NCBI GenBank assembly: GCA_016748015.1
Contig: JAAOMT010000034.1
Location: 558,001-622,000 of the forward strand
Length of the DNA: 64,000 nucleotides
From: Geosiphon pyriformis uo1
Lineage: Eukaryota; Fungi; Glomeromycota
Direction: 5' to 3'
Made by a program: the position numbers and the translations under genes. The number at the start of each line of letters is the position of its first letter. Within the stretch, counting starts at the first letter, position 1. The notes under the pieces are model-generated. The model did not search any database. It was not told the DNA's origin and saw nothing but the letters and a program-made list of their open reading frames with translations. This document shows positions 26,184 to 38,762 of the stretch, piece by piece.

Positions 26184-29100
26184 TTTGGTGCTCTTCTATG
26201 GAAATAACACAGCAACAACAACTTCAAAAGTGGCGACTCAAACAGATTCAAGAACTCTAGAGTATTATCAGTCAATCTACACCCACTGCAAGCAAAGATT
26301 TAACATTCCAGACAGAATTGAAACATTCAAGAAAACACTTTACCAGTACATTGAAAATTGCATCAACAATTATCTTTTTGGAGACTACAACATTTCAAAA
26401 GTTAGACACAACTTATATGAAAGCTTAGTATATTACTCTCGTCTAAACATTCAGGATTTTAACAGTCAAACACTTGAAACATATTTCTAAGAACTCAATT
26501 TCAATATCATTCAGTATTGTGAAGAGAATTATCCAATAGAACAGAAATTTTCTCTTGGTTTTGAATCGGAAACAGAAGAAGAAAAAAGAAAAAGGAAACA
26601 AAAACTCAGAACTACTCCCAATACACCTAAAAACACTGCCAAACATTTACAAACTCCAGAACAAGGAACCAGCTTTAAATTACTACTTTCAATCACACCA
26701 TTTCCAGCTTCACTTGTTCAACCGCAAACACCAAGCTCACCACTTATTTGGTTTTCAAGAATAGAAGATTTTCAGTCACCCAAAAGCCCTATTCAACAAC
26801 AGGAACCAATATTAACCAGCACAAACTTTATTGACTACTTAGCAGAAAATCAAAGTGAAAAGACTGAATCAGAACAAAAAATAGAAAACTCAGAAAACAA
26901 AGAAGAAATGGTCTTCACATATATCGCAAAAATCCCTGAGTTTACAGAAGAAGACAGCAAAACCAGTCTTCAAGAATGGCTTGACAAAGTCTTAAAAGCA
27001 AGAGATACAAATGGTTGAAACGCTGCCAGAATATTAAAAGCAATTCTATACTTCTTACAAAGAATGGCCGGTGAATGGTTTGAAAACTTGGAAGCCCCAT
27101 CAGAACACTGAAAAGCATTCAAAACTGCTTTTCTAGAACAGTTCACTGACAATAACACTTCCATCACTCTTCGAATTCGGTTTCGAAATATCAAACAAGA
27201 ACCAAGTGAATCAGTTATGACCTATCTTGGGAAATTCAACAAACTGCTTAGAAGGATTCGGCAATTGGAAACCAATGAATACTACTCCAATGCACAAATC
27301 TTGGATCAATTCATTGCTGGACTAAAAGACAAACTTATTAAGAAAGTTTGCCCACATGCATCAGAAGATTTAGCCACTGCTATTCAACAGGCAAAAAACT
27401 ATGAAATAGCCATGGAAAAAACCAACCATACCAAACTTGTTAATCTGGCTATTGGAGAAACCAGCTCAGCAGCTGAAAAAAAAATTGACCAATTAACCAA
27501 GAAAGTTGAAAACTACTTTACCAACCAACAACAACAACAACAACCCCAAAGATATCAACCACCCCAAAGACAAAATCAAAATAACTTCACACCACTTTCT
27601 AATAACCAGTCTCAGAATTGCTATTACTGTGGAATCCCTGGCCACTAGAAAAGAGATTGCAGAAAGCTACAACAAGACCAACAAAATAAGAGTAATCAAT
27701 GTTACCCTCCACCACAGCAATCTTATTATCAACCACTACCACCAGCTTACTATCCACCAAGATCCCAATACCAAAGTAACTATTATCAGTCCACCCCACA
27801 GCCAATCCAACAGCAATACCAACAACCACCCACACAATATTATCAAGTGTCTGCTCAAAGATTGATTCCACAAAATCAGTTCACACCACAAAACCAATAC
27901 CAAGTAAATAACAATAGAATCAATTCAAACAACCAATTGGTTTTCTGAAATTCAGCTCAACCAAGACCCAACCACTATTATACTCAACCTAGTTATTTTA
28001 CGATGCCAGAAGAACAGGGTTTTTACCATACTGCACTCTCAGAAGGTAGAGCTGCAGCATAACAACAAAACTCTTCCTATACTCTTACCACAATCCCATC
28101 AGCCAGAATTGCTAAAAATGCCAATCTTTCAGATATATTCCCTTTTGAATTTAAAGCAAATGAATTACCATTCTTGCTTAGGAATGCAGCAGCTAACAAG
28201 CAAAAAGCCATCACTGCAATGTACACAGAAGCTAAAGCAGAAGAAAAGCCAATTTGCTTGATTCTAGACAGTGGATCTACTGGAAACATTATTACATATC
28301 AATTAATGCAGCAGCTAAAAAGGAATGTTGACCAACCAGCTCAGACAATCATTGTCACTGCTGATGGTATGAAAAAGACTCCAGTAAGAGAAATTGATAA
28401 CTTCCCATTCACAATTGACAGAATCACTATTCTAGTCAAAGTTCTGGTCATGGATGCTCCCCAATACCAAGCTCTCATTGGAAACAATTGGCTCCAAAAA
28501 GCCAATGCTAATCTGAATTGGGGAACATAAGAGTTAACAATCTCCTACCAAAAACAACATGTCCGGGTACCTGCCACTTGTGGTACATTCTACAAACACT
28601 CCAAAAAAGCCCCGGCTTTTGAATTCGAACTGGAAAAAGAAAAACCCATCATTGAAACATTTATGGCACTTGGATCAACCTCCAATTGGGCTGATGAAAC
28701 TGAACAACAGTATTTTTCAACAAATAATTCTCTTAAAACAAAAGAACCAGTGACATCCAGATGGAATGTCCCCTATTCAAAACCAGAATCATGAAAACAA
28801 TGCCCTTACATTCTACTCAAATGCAAAAATTGCCACAAAAAACTCTCATCAATGGGAGCTTGTATTTCACCCAAGGAAGAATACAGAAATCATACCTGTT
28901 ACTATTGCAAATTCTGTCACCGAGAACGATGGGAACACCTAGTCAAAAGAAGTGGAAAATGGGACAGAATGCCCTGTTTGACTTGTGGAGAATGATTACC
29001 TGATGAATGCAACTGGATTGATGTTGCATTTAGAGAAGGAGTCTGCAATCAAACATGCCAATATGTTTTTTTAATCTCAGAAAAAGTAACAAGAGGAACT

Positions 29101-29579
29101 CCTTTTGATGCTGTTTACAATAGCACCCTCAACAAACTGTATCATTACTTTTATGATGCTGAAATGATTTTCAATCTAGCAATGGCTTTAATCAATGGAG
29201 CCACTCAAAAAAATGTTCGTCAAATAAAGAAATCAGAATACATTGCATACACCTTTGAAATCACTGGATACAACTATGAAAATGAAGTAGAAGTATATCA
29301 CCAAATTGCCAATCACACTTACCTAACCAAAGAAGCTTAAGCCCAACAGTTAGAGTAAATGAACATTAAATTGTGTGAAGAATGCATAATGCCTTGCGAT
29401 AAGCAATGGTGCCCTGAATGCTATGCTCTTAGCATTCCTTTGCCCAGTGAAAACAATGAAAACAAAATTGAATTTGGAGAACCTGAAGCAACAGAAGAAA
29501 TTAAAGCAACACCCATCTATTTTATTGAAAATCAGTCTGCCTTATAACTCAAATACTTCAACAACAATGGACAAGGAAT

Positions 29580-29975
29580 AAAACCCAAAAAAGCACATGA
29601 AATTAATACTGGATATGACCTAAGATATCCAGACAAGGATACTCTTGTCCTCAAATCCAAATCTTTCACAAAAATCAACCTCAAAATTGTCTTCGAAATC
29701 CCACTAGGAGCAATGGTTCAAATTGCCTCCTGGTCCTCTCTGGCAAGCAAAAAAATCAATGTCAGAGAAGGAATAATCAATGCTGGATATACTGGTGACA
29801 TAACAGTAATACTTCAAAATGAAACCAATAAATCTTTCAAAATTGAACATGTTGAAAAAATTGCTCAAGCTATCTATTTACTCTTAATCAACATTTTAGG
29901 TTTACAGTTAGTCAATCAAAGAGAACAATTGGGAAAAAGCAAAAAAGAAACACAAGGTTTTGGTTCAACTAGACA
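29580..29975 (+). pseudogene. dUTPase domain within element A pol
   Basis: All five trimeric dUTPase motifs in order, with transition damage: (A)GYDL, (R)SSLA, GII(D)AGYTG, EKIAQ, (RG)TQGFGST. Confidence 0.92.
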
Positions 29976-32729
29976 ATTTATAGTTTCAGTAAACATAGCT
30001 TTTAATGAACAGAATAAGTCTTACCAGATTTTATGCCTTCTTCAACCAATCACTATTTCACCTTTTAGAGAACACCCTGAAATCTATATCTGCCCAAAGC
30101 CAACAACCACCCAACAAATTTTTGAGTCCAATGAACAAATCTGCTTGAAACATAATATCTCAATTCCAAATATTTACATCCCAGAAGGAACAAAGAAAGT
30201 CCGAGTTACTTTTTACAACCCCAATAATTATCCCATAGTTTTATTAAATAACTTAAAAATTAGAGTTATTCACAGTAATATCTTTCAACAAGAATTACTC
30301 CAAACAGTCCCTGATTTCTCTGAAATTATTGGACATTCACTACCAAAAATCAACCCAAACCCCAGCTCCGAAAACTACTATGTTGTCATGGAAAAACTAT
30401 CTTGAATTAACATGGGACAACTTGAACCACAACAACAAAACCAGCTCAAAGAGCTAATTGCAGAATTTGCCGATATCTTTGCCAAAAACAACAATGACTT
30501 AGAAAAAACCAATTTGGTTCAACACTAAATCTATACAAAAGATGCCAAACCAAGGTGACAGCAAGCCTACTGAGTTGCTCCAGAAAGTTACCAATTTATC
30601 CACAAAGAAGTACAATGGATGCTCAACAATAGGCTTATTCAACCATCAATGAGTCCATGGGCTTCACCTGTGGTCTTAGTTAAAAAAAAAATAGAAAGAT
30701 ATGATTTTGTGTTGATTATTAACAACTCAATAGTGTTACCATTGAAAATGTCTACCCTTTTCTCCGAATTGATGACATGCTAGATGCTCTTGGGAAGTCC
30801 AAATACTTTTTGACATTAGATTTAAAGAGTAAATACTGGCAAGTTGCCATGGATCCCAAAGATTGCCTCAAAACAGCATTTACCACTCAAGGAGGAAATT
30901 ACGAGTTCAATGTAATGCCTTTTGGATTATGCAATGCACTAGCAACATTCCAAAGACTCATGGACATTGTTTACAAAGGCCTTCTTTGGAAGTCAGTAGT
31001 TGTTTATATTAATAATACTGATGTTTATTCTCCATCATTTGAATTACTTAAAACACCTATGAGAAGTTTTTCAATGATTACAAAAAGCAGGACTGAAACT
31101 CAACATTGAAAAATGCTACTTTGGAAAAACAAGCTTGGTTTTTTTTGGTTATATCATTAGTAAAGATGGAATCAAACCAGACTCTAGAAAAATCAGCACT
31201 GTCAAAAACTTCAAAACTCCTCAAAACACTACAGAACTAAGAGGATTCATAGGGTTAGTCTTCTACTATCGGAAGTTTATCAAAGGATTCTCAGAAATCA
31301 CAAAATCTCTCAATCAGCTTACCACCAAAAACATCGAATACAAATGGACTGCTGAACATTGAAACCAGCCGAAAAGAACTATCCTGCAACAGAATTAGAA
31401 ACTACAGCAGTAATCTGGGCCCTACATCACTTCAACCTTTACCTCAGACCCAAAGAATTCGATATTATTACTGATAATATTGGACTTAAATGGCTTCAGA
31501 ACAAAAACACTCAGCTAAATGCAAAACAAACCTGATGGACAGGATTTTTAGCCAACTACCAATACATTGTACACCACAAACCAGGAAAACTCCACACCAA
31601 TGTTGATTGTCTTTCAAGAATGAGGCAAGATTAGAATACAAAACCAACACCCATTTGAATTAACAACAAAAAAACAAACAATGAACCCCAAAAACTACAA
31701 CAATCTTAAACAATATTTGGAGACATTAACAATCCCAACAGATTGGTCCTCAGATAAAAAACATCGGTTACAACAACAAGCCAAACAATACTTCTTACAC
31801 AACAACATAATTTATTATCGAAACTTCAGAAACCCAAACAATCTACTCAGATTAATACAAGAACATAAAAAAAAACCATTTTATATAACATACACTCAGA
31901 CCTTTTATCAACACACCTAGGAAAAGACAGCACCACCCAGAGAACACTAGAATATTATTTTTGGCCTTAAATAAGAAAAGACATTCATGAATATGTTAAG
32001 TCTTGTGATAGTTGTTAAAGAAGAGGAGGAACTCGCCTTACAGAATCTTTAAACCCAATCAAAGTTGGACAGCCTTTTGACTGAGTTGGTATCGATTTAG
32101 TCAGACCACATTCTATCACAAACTAAGAAAACCATTATATTGCAGTAGCTGTAGATTATCTTACCAAATGGTCTGAAGCCAGAGCCATTCAACAAACAGA
32201 TGTGAAATCAGTAGCAAACTTCATCTACAAAGACATTATTTGTAGACATAGATGCCCAATAGAACTTTTATCTGATCAAGGAACACATTTTGTAAACAAT
32301 TTAATCCAGGAAATTTGTGGACAATGTTACAGATAAACTTGGTAGGTATAAAAAATAGTAACATTTGGTATTCTTAATTATTGATGATATGTCTTTCACG
32401 TAATTCTGTTGGCTTAGTCTTGATTATCAGTCTCTGAAGGTCTATTCCTGAATGTGAATTTTACCCGTTGAGTTCTTTGGTTATAAGACACAGAGTTTGT
32501 CTTTTGTCAATTGCAACATTTTTCGTAAATATAAGCTTTCTTTTCCAAGCTAACGAGTGCAGTCATTAGGGTCTGGCATTGTCTTTTCATCCTTCTGATA
32601 AGCTAACAAGATAATGTTAATATCCAAAACTTAGGAAGAGCTTTCTTTTTTTACCAGACTATCACAAAGTCTATTCTCAGACAGTCGATTTTACTATGTT
32701 GCCACTCCACAAAAATAAGACAGAAAAAG

Positions 32730-32865
<136 letters not shown>

Positions 32866-33270
32866 AAAGAGAGAAAAGATAAATTAGTATCATCAATCGC
32901 CGTGATCAAGAGCAATTGGTTCAAATCATTAATAGGTTCGAAGTGGTTATGCTAAGAGCATCTGTTTTAGAACAGAGATATGAGACAAAAGTTAATTCAT
33001 GTAAATTTCACAAAGTTCGAGAACATGAATTCATGATTCTAATTTCTTTAATAATTGGTTTATTTTAGGAGATAAAATAGGGAAGATAATAAAGGATAAA
33101 GGGGTATGGATATTTTAATTCTGGTCTAGAGGTTCGTATCTATCTGTCTGTCTTTTCTCACTTCTACAACTACTTGCTTTTATACATTCTTTTGGTTTTA
33201 CAGGATTGCTTTCAATTGTCTTGCTATCACTAGCTATTGCTTTGTTGTTTCTGTTATTGCTTCATTTTTC

Positions 33271-33460
33271 TACATTATTGCTAGTTATTCTATATTATAA
33301 CATGTTATCTAACATTATTACATGTTATTCTGTGTTATCCTGCATTATAACACGTTATCCTACATTATTGTGCACTATTCTGTGTTATCCTGCATTATAA
33401 CACATTATCCTACATTATAATATGTTATCCAACATTATTGCGCATTATTCTGTGTTATGT
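33271..33460. repeat. 10-bp-period minisatellite (YRYRTTATNN) in U3 of LTR D
   Basis: ~19 consecutive 10-mers such as tacattattg, cacgttatcc, tgtgttatcc. Confidence 0.85.
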
Positions 33461-34426
33461 CACGTTTTGGTCATGTTTCTTCATAACTTTAGATCAGTTT
33501 TTCTACTCGGGTAACAACAATTTAATGTCAAAAAACCATTATTTTCACCCTACTATCCACAAACAAATGGACTTGTAGAACATTTCAACAGAATATTGTG
33601 TAAATTATTAACCAAAGTCTCAACTGATTTTGAGCAAGAATAGGATCTCTTTATTCCATCAGTGTTACTAGCATATAGAACACTAAAACAAGATACCACA
33701 AAACACACACTATTTGATTTAACCTACAGAAGAACAGCAATGTTACCAATTAGTTTTACAATAGAAACATATCTAGTACAACCAATTAATAAAGACAACT
33801 TTCAGGAAACACTACAACAAAGAGCCTACACTCTGCTTAACATGTTGGAAGGAAAATGACGAATAGCAGCCACCCATATTAAACACTCCCAAGCTCAATA
33901 AAAAGAATGGCATGATGACAAATTGCCTTTATTTACCAATAGATTTAAAATCCAAAACAAAGTTCTCTTATACAGAACTAAAGCTGAAAAACAATAGAGT
34001 GGAAAATTTGAAAATAAATGAGATAGACCATTCTTTATCCATGAAGTCCTAGGCAACAGATCATACAAGCTAAGACTTGATGACAAAATCCTAGCAAAAG
34101 TTGCACATGGAGATCATTTGAAACACTCTAATTCCAGACACAATCCTGAATCATTAATTCCACAAATTGGTATACATTCCCCTTTAATCAATTCTGAAGA
34201 TATTCTCTGAAATTTAGAACCAATAGTTGTCATTGAACAACCTCCCAACTTGAACACTTAACTTAAATTTATTATTATAGTTATCTTCTTATAATTTAGA
34301 AACAATCTCACAAAAACAAAGCAAAAATAACATAAAAACCCATACACCAAAAAATAATTTTCTTTTATTTTCAAATCTCTTATAATAACTATTCCTCAAA
34401 ACATTTAACAATTATCCCAAAAACTA

Positions 34427-35105
34427 ATGTTAGCTTTAAAAACAATACCCGAATTATTTATTACTGTTACTGGAAACCACATTAATTATACCCAAACAGA
34501 AGTAGTTACAAATTTAGCCCAAAAATTCATGAAAATATCACCCATATAAAAAGAACACAAGAAGTTATTCTGGAATTCATTTGCCAGAACTTTTAAAGCT
34601 TGCTTTAAAAGAAAACTTAATGCTCACTCCAATTAGTATTCCACCAAATGCTACAATTCAACAAAAACTTCAACTGTGTCTTAATAAGGAAAGCATTGAA
34701 TACCTTCCAATCTATAAATATTTCTACATTGGAAAAACACTCTACAAACAAAAACTGGAACTTACAACAGCAAACCTCATAAAAAAAGCTATTCAGAAAC
34801 AATTCCACAACGAATTCAAGACAACAGCTGGACCAACAAACAGTCACTACAAGCTCAGAGCTGCTTTTAGACTTTATGGCCTATTTCACACCTGTGAAAA
34901 CGTTCTACAAAACCCAATTTTACAGCCTTTGAAGATTCAATATATTGGAAAGCTTACAGAACTGAAATTTCAACAATTTTCAGACCAAATTTCTTCAATA
35001 ATTTTGGATTATTATCTGGAAATTACAGACAGTACTTGGACTTCAACAGAGCTCAGTTTTGAAGAGAAGGTTATGTTACCAGACGAAATTAGAGATATTG
35101 TTTAG
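34427..35105 (+). CDS. Accessory ORF3 of element A, between integrase and the 3' LTR (unknown function; 5' part disrupted)
   Basis: A 174-aa open frame (34581-35105) runs through the PPT into the LTR, with a probable upstream ATG at 34427. Homologous sequence sits at the same position in family C (21570-21860). Confidence 0.65.
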
Positions 35106-36058
35106 CATAAAATTACCCTTATAAATCTTATCATTAATTAGCATATATTATCATTTCAAATTATGACTTATTACATTAGCAAAATGTCTGAAATTATCAT
35201 TTAATTAATAACCCAATTTGTACATAACACAAATATAACCTAAGTGCAATAATCAATCATGCAATACCCCGAAATATGTAACATTCAAAAGTTCGCCAAA
35301 ATTTGTAGAAATTTGCCGAAATAATTGATAGTTTACCAAAATATCTAATAGTTTGCAGAAATAACTTGTAATTTGCCAAAATGTATCTTTAGTTCAGCGA
35401 AATTGTAGAAAAAAGCAAAGTTCAAGTTCATAGAATAGTGTTACAACAAGTTGTATAAAAGAAGAGCTTTTCTTTTCGAGAAAATGTATCTTACTTTAGA
35501 TTTATCACTTAAAACTATTCCTACATACACAAAAAGAAAAAAATACCAAATAAATTTGGAAAAAACCAAATTCTTTAATTATTGCACTTGAAAAAATTTC
35601 CAAAACCCAACTAACGTTTTGAAATTGATTAGCTACCAATTTCAGTAAACTGTTAGTGACTTCAGGTCTGGATAGAAAACATTTCCCTTGACAGAATTCT
35701 ATTTTTTTTACATTTTTTTTATTTTTTATTTTTTATTTTCTTATTATAATCATTAGGGTAGCCTACAGACAAGGTTCCTGTAAAAGAGTTGACTTTTACA
35801 GCAAAGTAACTACACATCTTAGTGAGCTTTCAGATGAGCAATTCTTTGGAAAAAGTTGACGTTTACTACAACATAACTACACAAAACAACTGGCATGGAG
35901 TTGGCCATTCTACTTATAAGCCCAACAGTTTAAATTATAGGAGATAATTTGAAGATAAATTCAGTTATCAGAGGTTCAAACACTTCCCATAGTTGTGAAT
36001 TAACAGCATTACAATAAACATACAAGAGCTAAAAAGAGACCAAAAACCTCCAGTAACA
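35074..36058 (+). repeat. 3' LTR of element A
   Basis: Direct repeat of 25200-26183. Confidence 0.97.
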
Positions 36059-36902
36059 ATGTTAACAATAAATTTATTTTGATAAGTTGAAAAGTAAAGT
36101 TAGTTTTATATACCTTTTTAACTAATTATAGTAATTAAACAAAGTAATAATTAATGAAAAAATAGTACAAATTATATATATTTTTAATTTTATCAAATTT
36201 AAACAAGTTTATAAACTTTGAATTAGACTTAAACTGAATTTAGACTTGTCAAAAAAGTTTAATATTAAACTTAAACTAAACCTACTTTGAAATTTTAATT
36301 TGGTTTAAGTTTGGTTTAGTTTGTTTTAATTAAAACCCTAAAAAAAAGTTATTATTTTTATTTATAATAGTAAAATTAATTAAATTATAATAATTTTTGG
36401 CTTAATTATTAATTATATAATTTATAATAAGTTAAATTAAATATTAAGTTTATAAATAAAACATAAATATATATAAAGTTTTTATTAATAATATTATTTA
36501 AATTAATAGTAATTATATAATTATATAATTTATTTTTGGATATTATCAATAAATTTTTTATTTTAAATAATATTTTTATTAATTAAAAATACTAAATAGT
36601 TAATTTATATAACCAGTTTATTAATATAATTATGTTTAATAAATTATATTATTATTTAATTATGTTAAACTTAAAAATAATAATTTTAATTTTAAGTTAT
36701 TTAACAATATAATTTTTAAAAACAGTATTAAATAAACAATTTATAAAGTCTAAAAAATAGATTAAATATTTAAATAATTTAAGTAATAATATTATATTTT
36801 TAATTTTGGTTTTTTTATTTAAATTTTGGTTTTTTTTTTAATAAAAATTGTTAAAATTAATACTTATTTGTTTTTTTTGTAAAGTAATCAAATTTAATAT
36901 AT

Positions 36903-37566
36903 TGTTATGATTAAAACTCATATTTTTATTAGTTATTATAGGTATTAGCCATTAATGTCATATAATTAGTTACCCTATTTTTAGATAGTAATTATTAATC
37001 TAATTATTAATCTGGTTATTAACTACTTTCAATAGCTATATAAGTAATAAGTTTCTTAGCTGTAGAAAGATATGATCAAAGTAATAAAATAAAAACCATT
37101 ATTAATTACTTTTTCTTATATTACTTATTCTTTTTTTTCTATTTTCAAGTATTTAAATATCTTGGAATAAAAAATTACTTGTTGGTATTTACATATTTTA
37201 TCTTTTTCTCTTCTTGATTTGTATTGTTAAAATTAGCCTAAGAAGCAATTGCTTGCTCTTGTAATTTATTGAATAAAAAAACAATTGAAAAACACAATAA
37301 TACCTGTTATTGATTCTAAAAATTGCCAAGTTGAGGCATAAAATAATAGCAGCAATATTATTTTGTTAACAATCATGGACTATTTCTCTATCTTTAGATT
37401 TCCAGAAAAGATTTACAAATGTGATTTTTATGAGACTAATCATGTATATTGAATTTTTACTTATTTAATTTATCTCTTTATTGTAATTTTCTCTTTAATT
37501 ATTTTTATTATTCTATAATTCTGTTCTCTCTTGTTATCTATTAGCTTATTACTCCAACTTGTAACA
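36903..37566 (+). repeat. 5' LTR of element B (664 bp)
   Basis: TGTTATG...TGTAACA; direct repeat of 43885-44572. Confidence 0.95.
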
Positions 37567-38717
37567 TAAAAGTAATGCTCCCTGTAAGATTGTCAAAATC
37601 CACTTTGTTTCTTATTGTATGAGTGATTATTTATATTTGCCATAACAATTAGAAGAACACTTTAAAGCACATAACAAAAACAATTTAGACTTTATCAAAC
37701 TTAATTCTTTATCCTTCTGCTTAATTTGCTTTCTCATTAAAAAACAATCCAGTAGACAATTCCAAGATTTTTAGAACTGGTTTTTGAACAAGCATTTAGC
37801 TAAAACCTATATAGTCTATACAATCTATTACTTTGACCAAGCTTATCTTAAAGACAACTTTAAAGAAAGAAACAACAGCATCAATCAGCTTTTATATTCC
37901 ACAATCTTTGAACAACAGCCTTCTGATTTCAAATATCTGAATCACCAAATTCAGGATTGCTGCCTATTAGTTAATTAAAATCCTTTTGAAACAAAAAAAA
38001 AAGTTATCAAACTGTTTCTGTTTTTAATTTTATCTCAAACAAATCAGAACATTCTACACAAATAGTTACTTCTGAACCAATGGCTAATAACTCTATACAA
38101 ACAAACATTCTGGCTGTCTTTTAGAATATACAAACTATTTTAAAGTAAAGAAATAACACCTCATTACTATTATTCAGAGGTGATATACAAGATCCAATTG
38201 AATGGTTAAATAACTTTGAAAGAGCTGCCATAACCAACCAATATAATAATAAATACAAGTTCCAAATCATTGGTAACTATTTTCAAGGTTCTTCTGCTAT
38301 TTGGTTCTCACAAAAAACCAATGCCAATACTCAACAAAAAATTATTAGATAAACACCAGCAAATGCTGGAAAAAACAATATTTCTTTTACTACTTAGTTT
38401 GAAAACAAATTCAGAACTCTTATTTTAATCTCAAAATGGCATATAAAATTAGAAAAAAAAAACCAAAGTCTTGGTAAAGTTGTAACTGAGTATGTCAAAC
38501 AATCAGAAAGCTAATCAAGCAAGTAAACTTTAGAAAAAACTAGACAGAAGAGCAAAAGATTTATTCTTTTACAAAAAAATTGAGAACTAATTTTTCATAT
38601 GTTTTTTGGTCTTTTTTGGCTTTAAAAAATAATTCAACAATAGATATGACTATTGAACTTGCCCAATAAATTAAAAACAAACAAAAGATGCACTTGAAAT
38701 TCACATTTTCAGTTTTT

Positions 38718-38762
38718 GCTCCTGTTTCTGTTATGGCTCCTGTTTCTGTTATGGCTCCTGTT
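38718..38762. repeat. Perfect 18-bp tandem duplication in element B gag
   Basis: (gctcctgtttctgttatg)x2.5. Confidence 0.85.

Noticed and set aside
31610-31690. Integrase as a separate ORF (stops after RNase H and a Met before integrase in A, B and C)
   Set aside because: In B (41839-41902) and C the linker is in frame and every stop is one C>T from Gln/Arg; the 1-nt offset in A lies in an A-run. It cannot be told apart from mutation damage without a family consensus.
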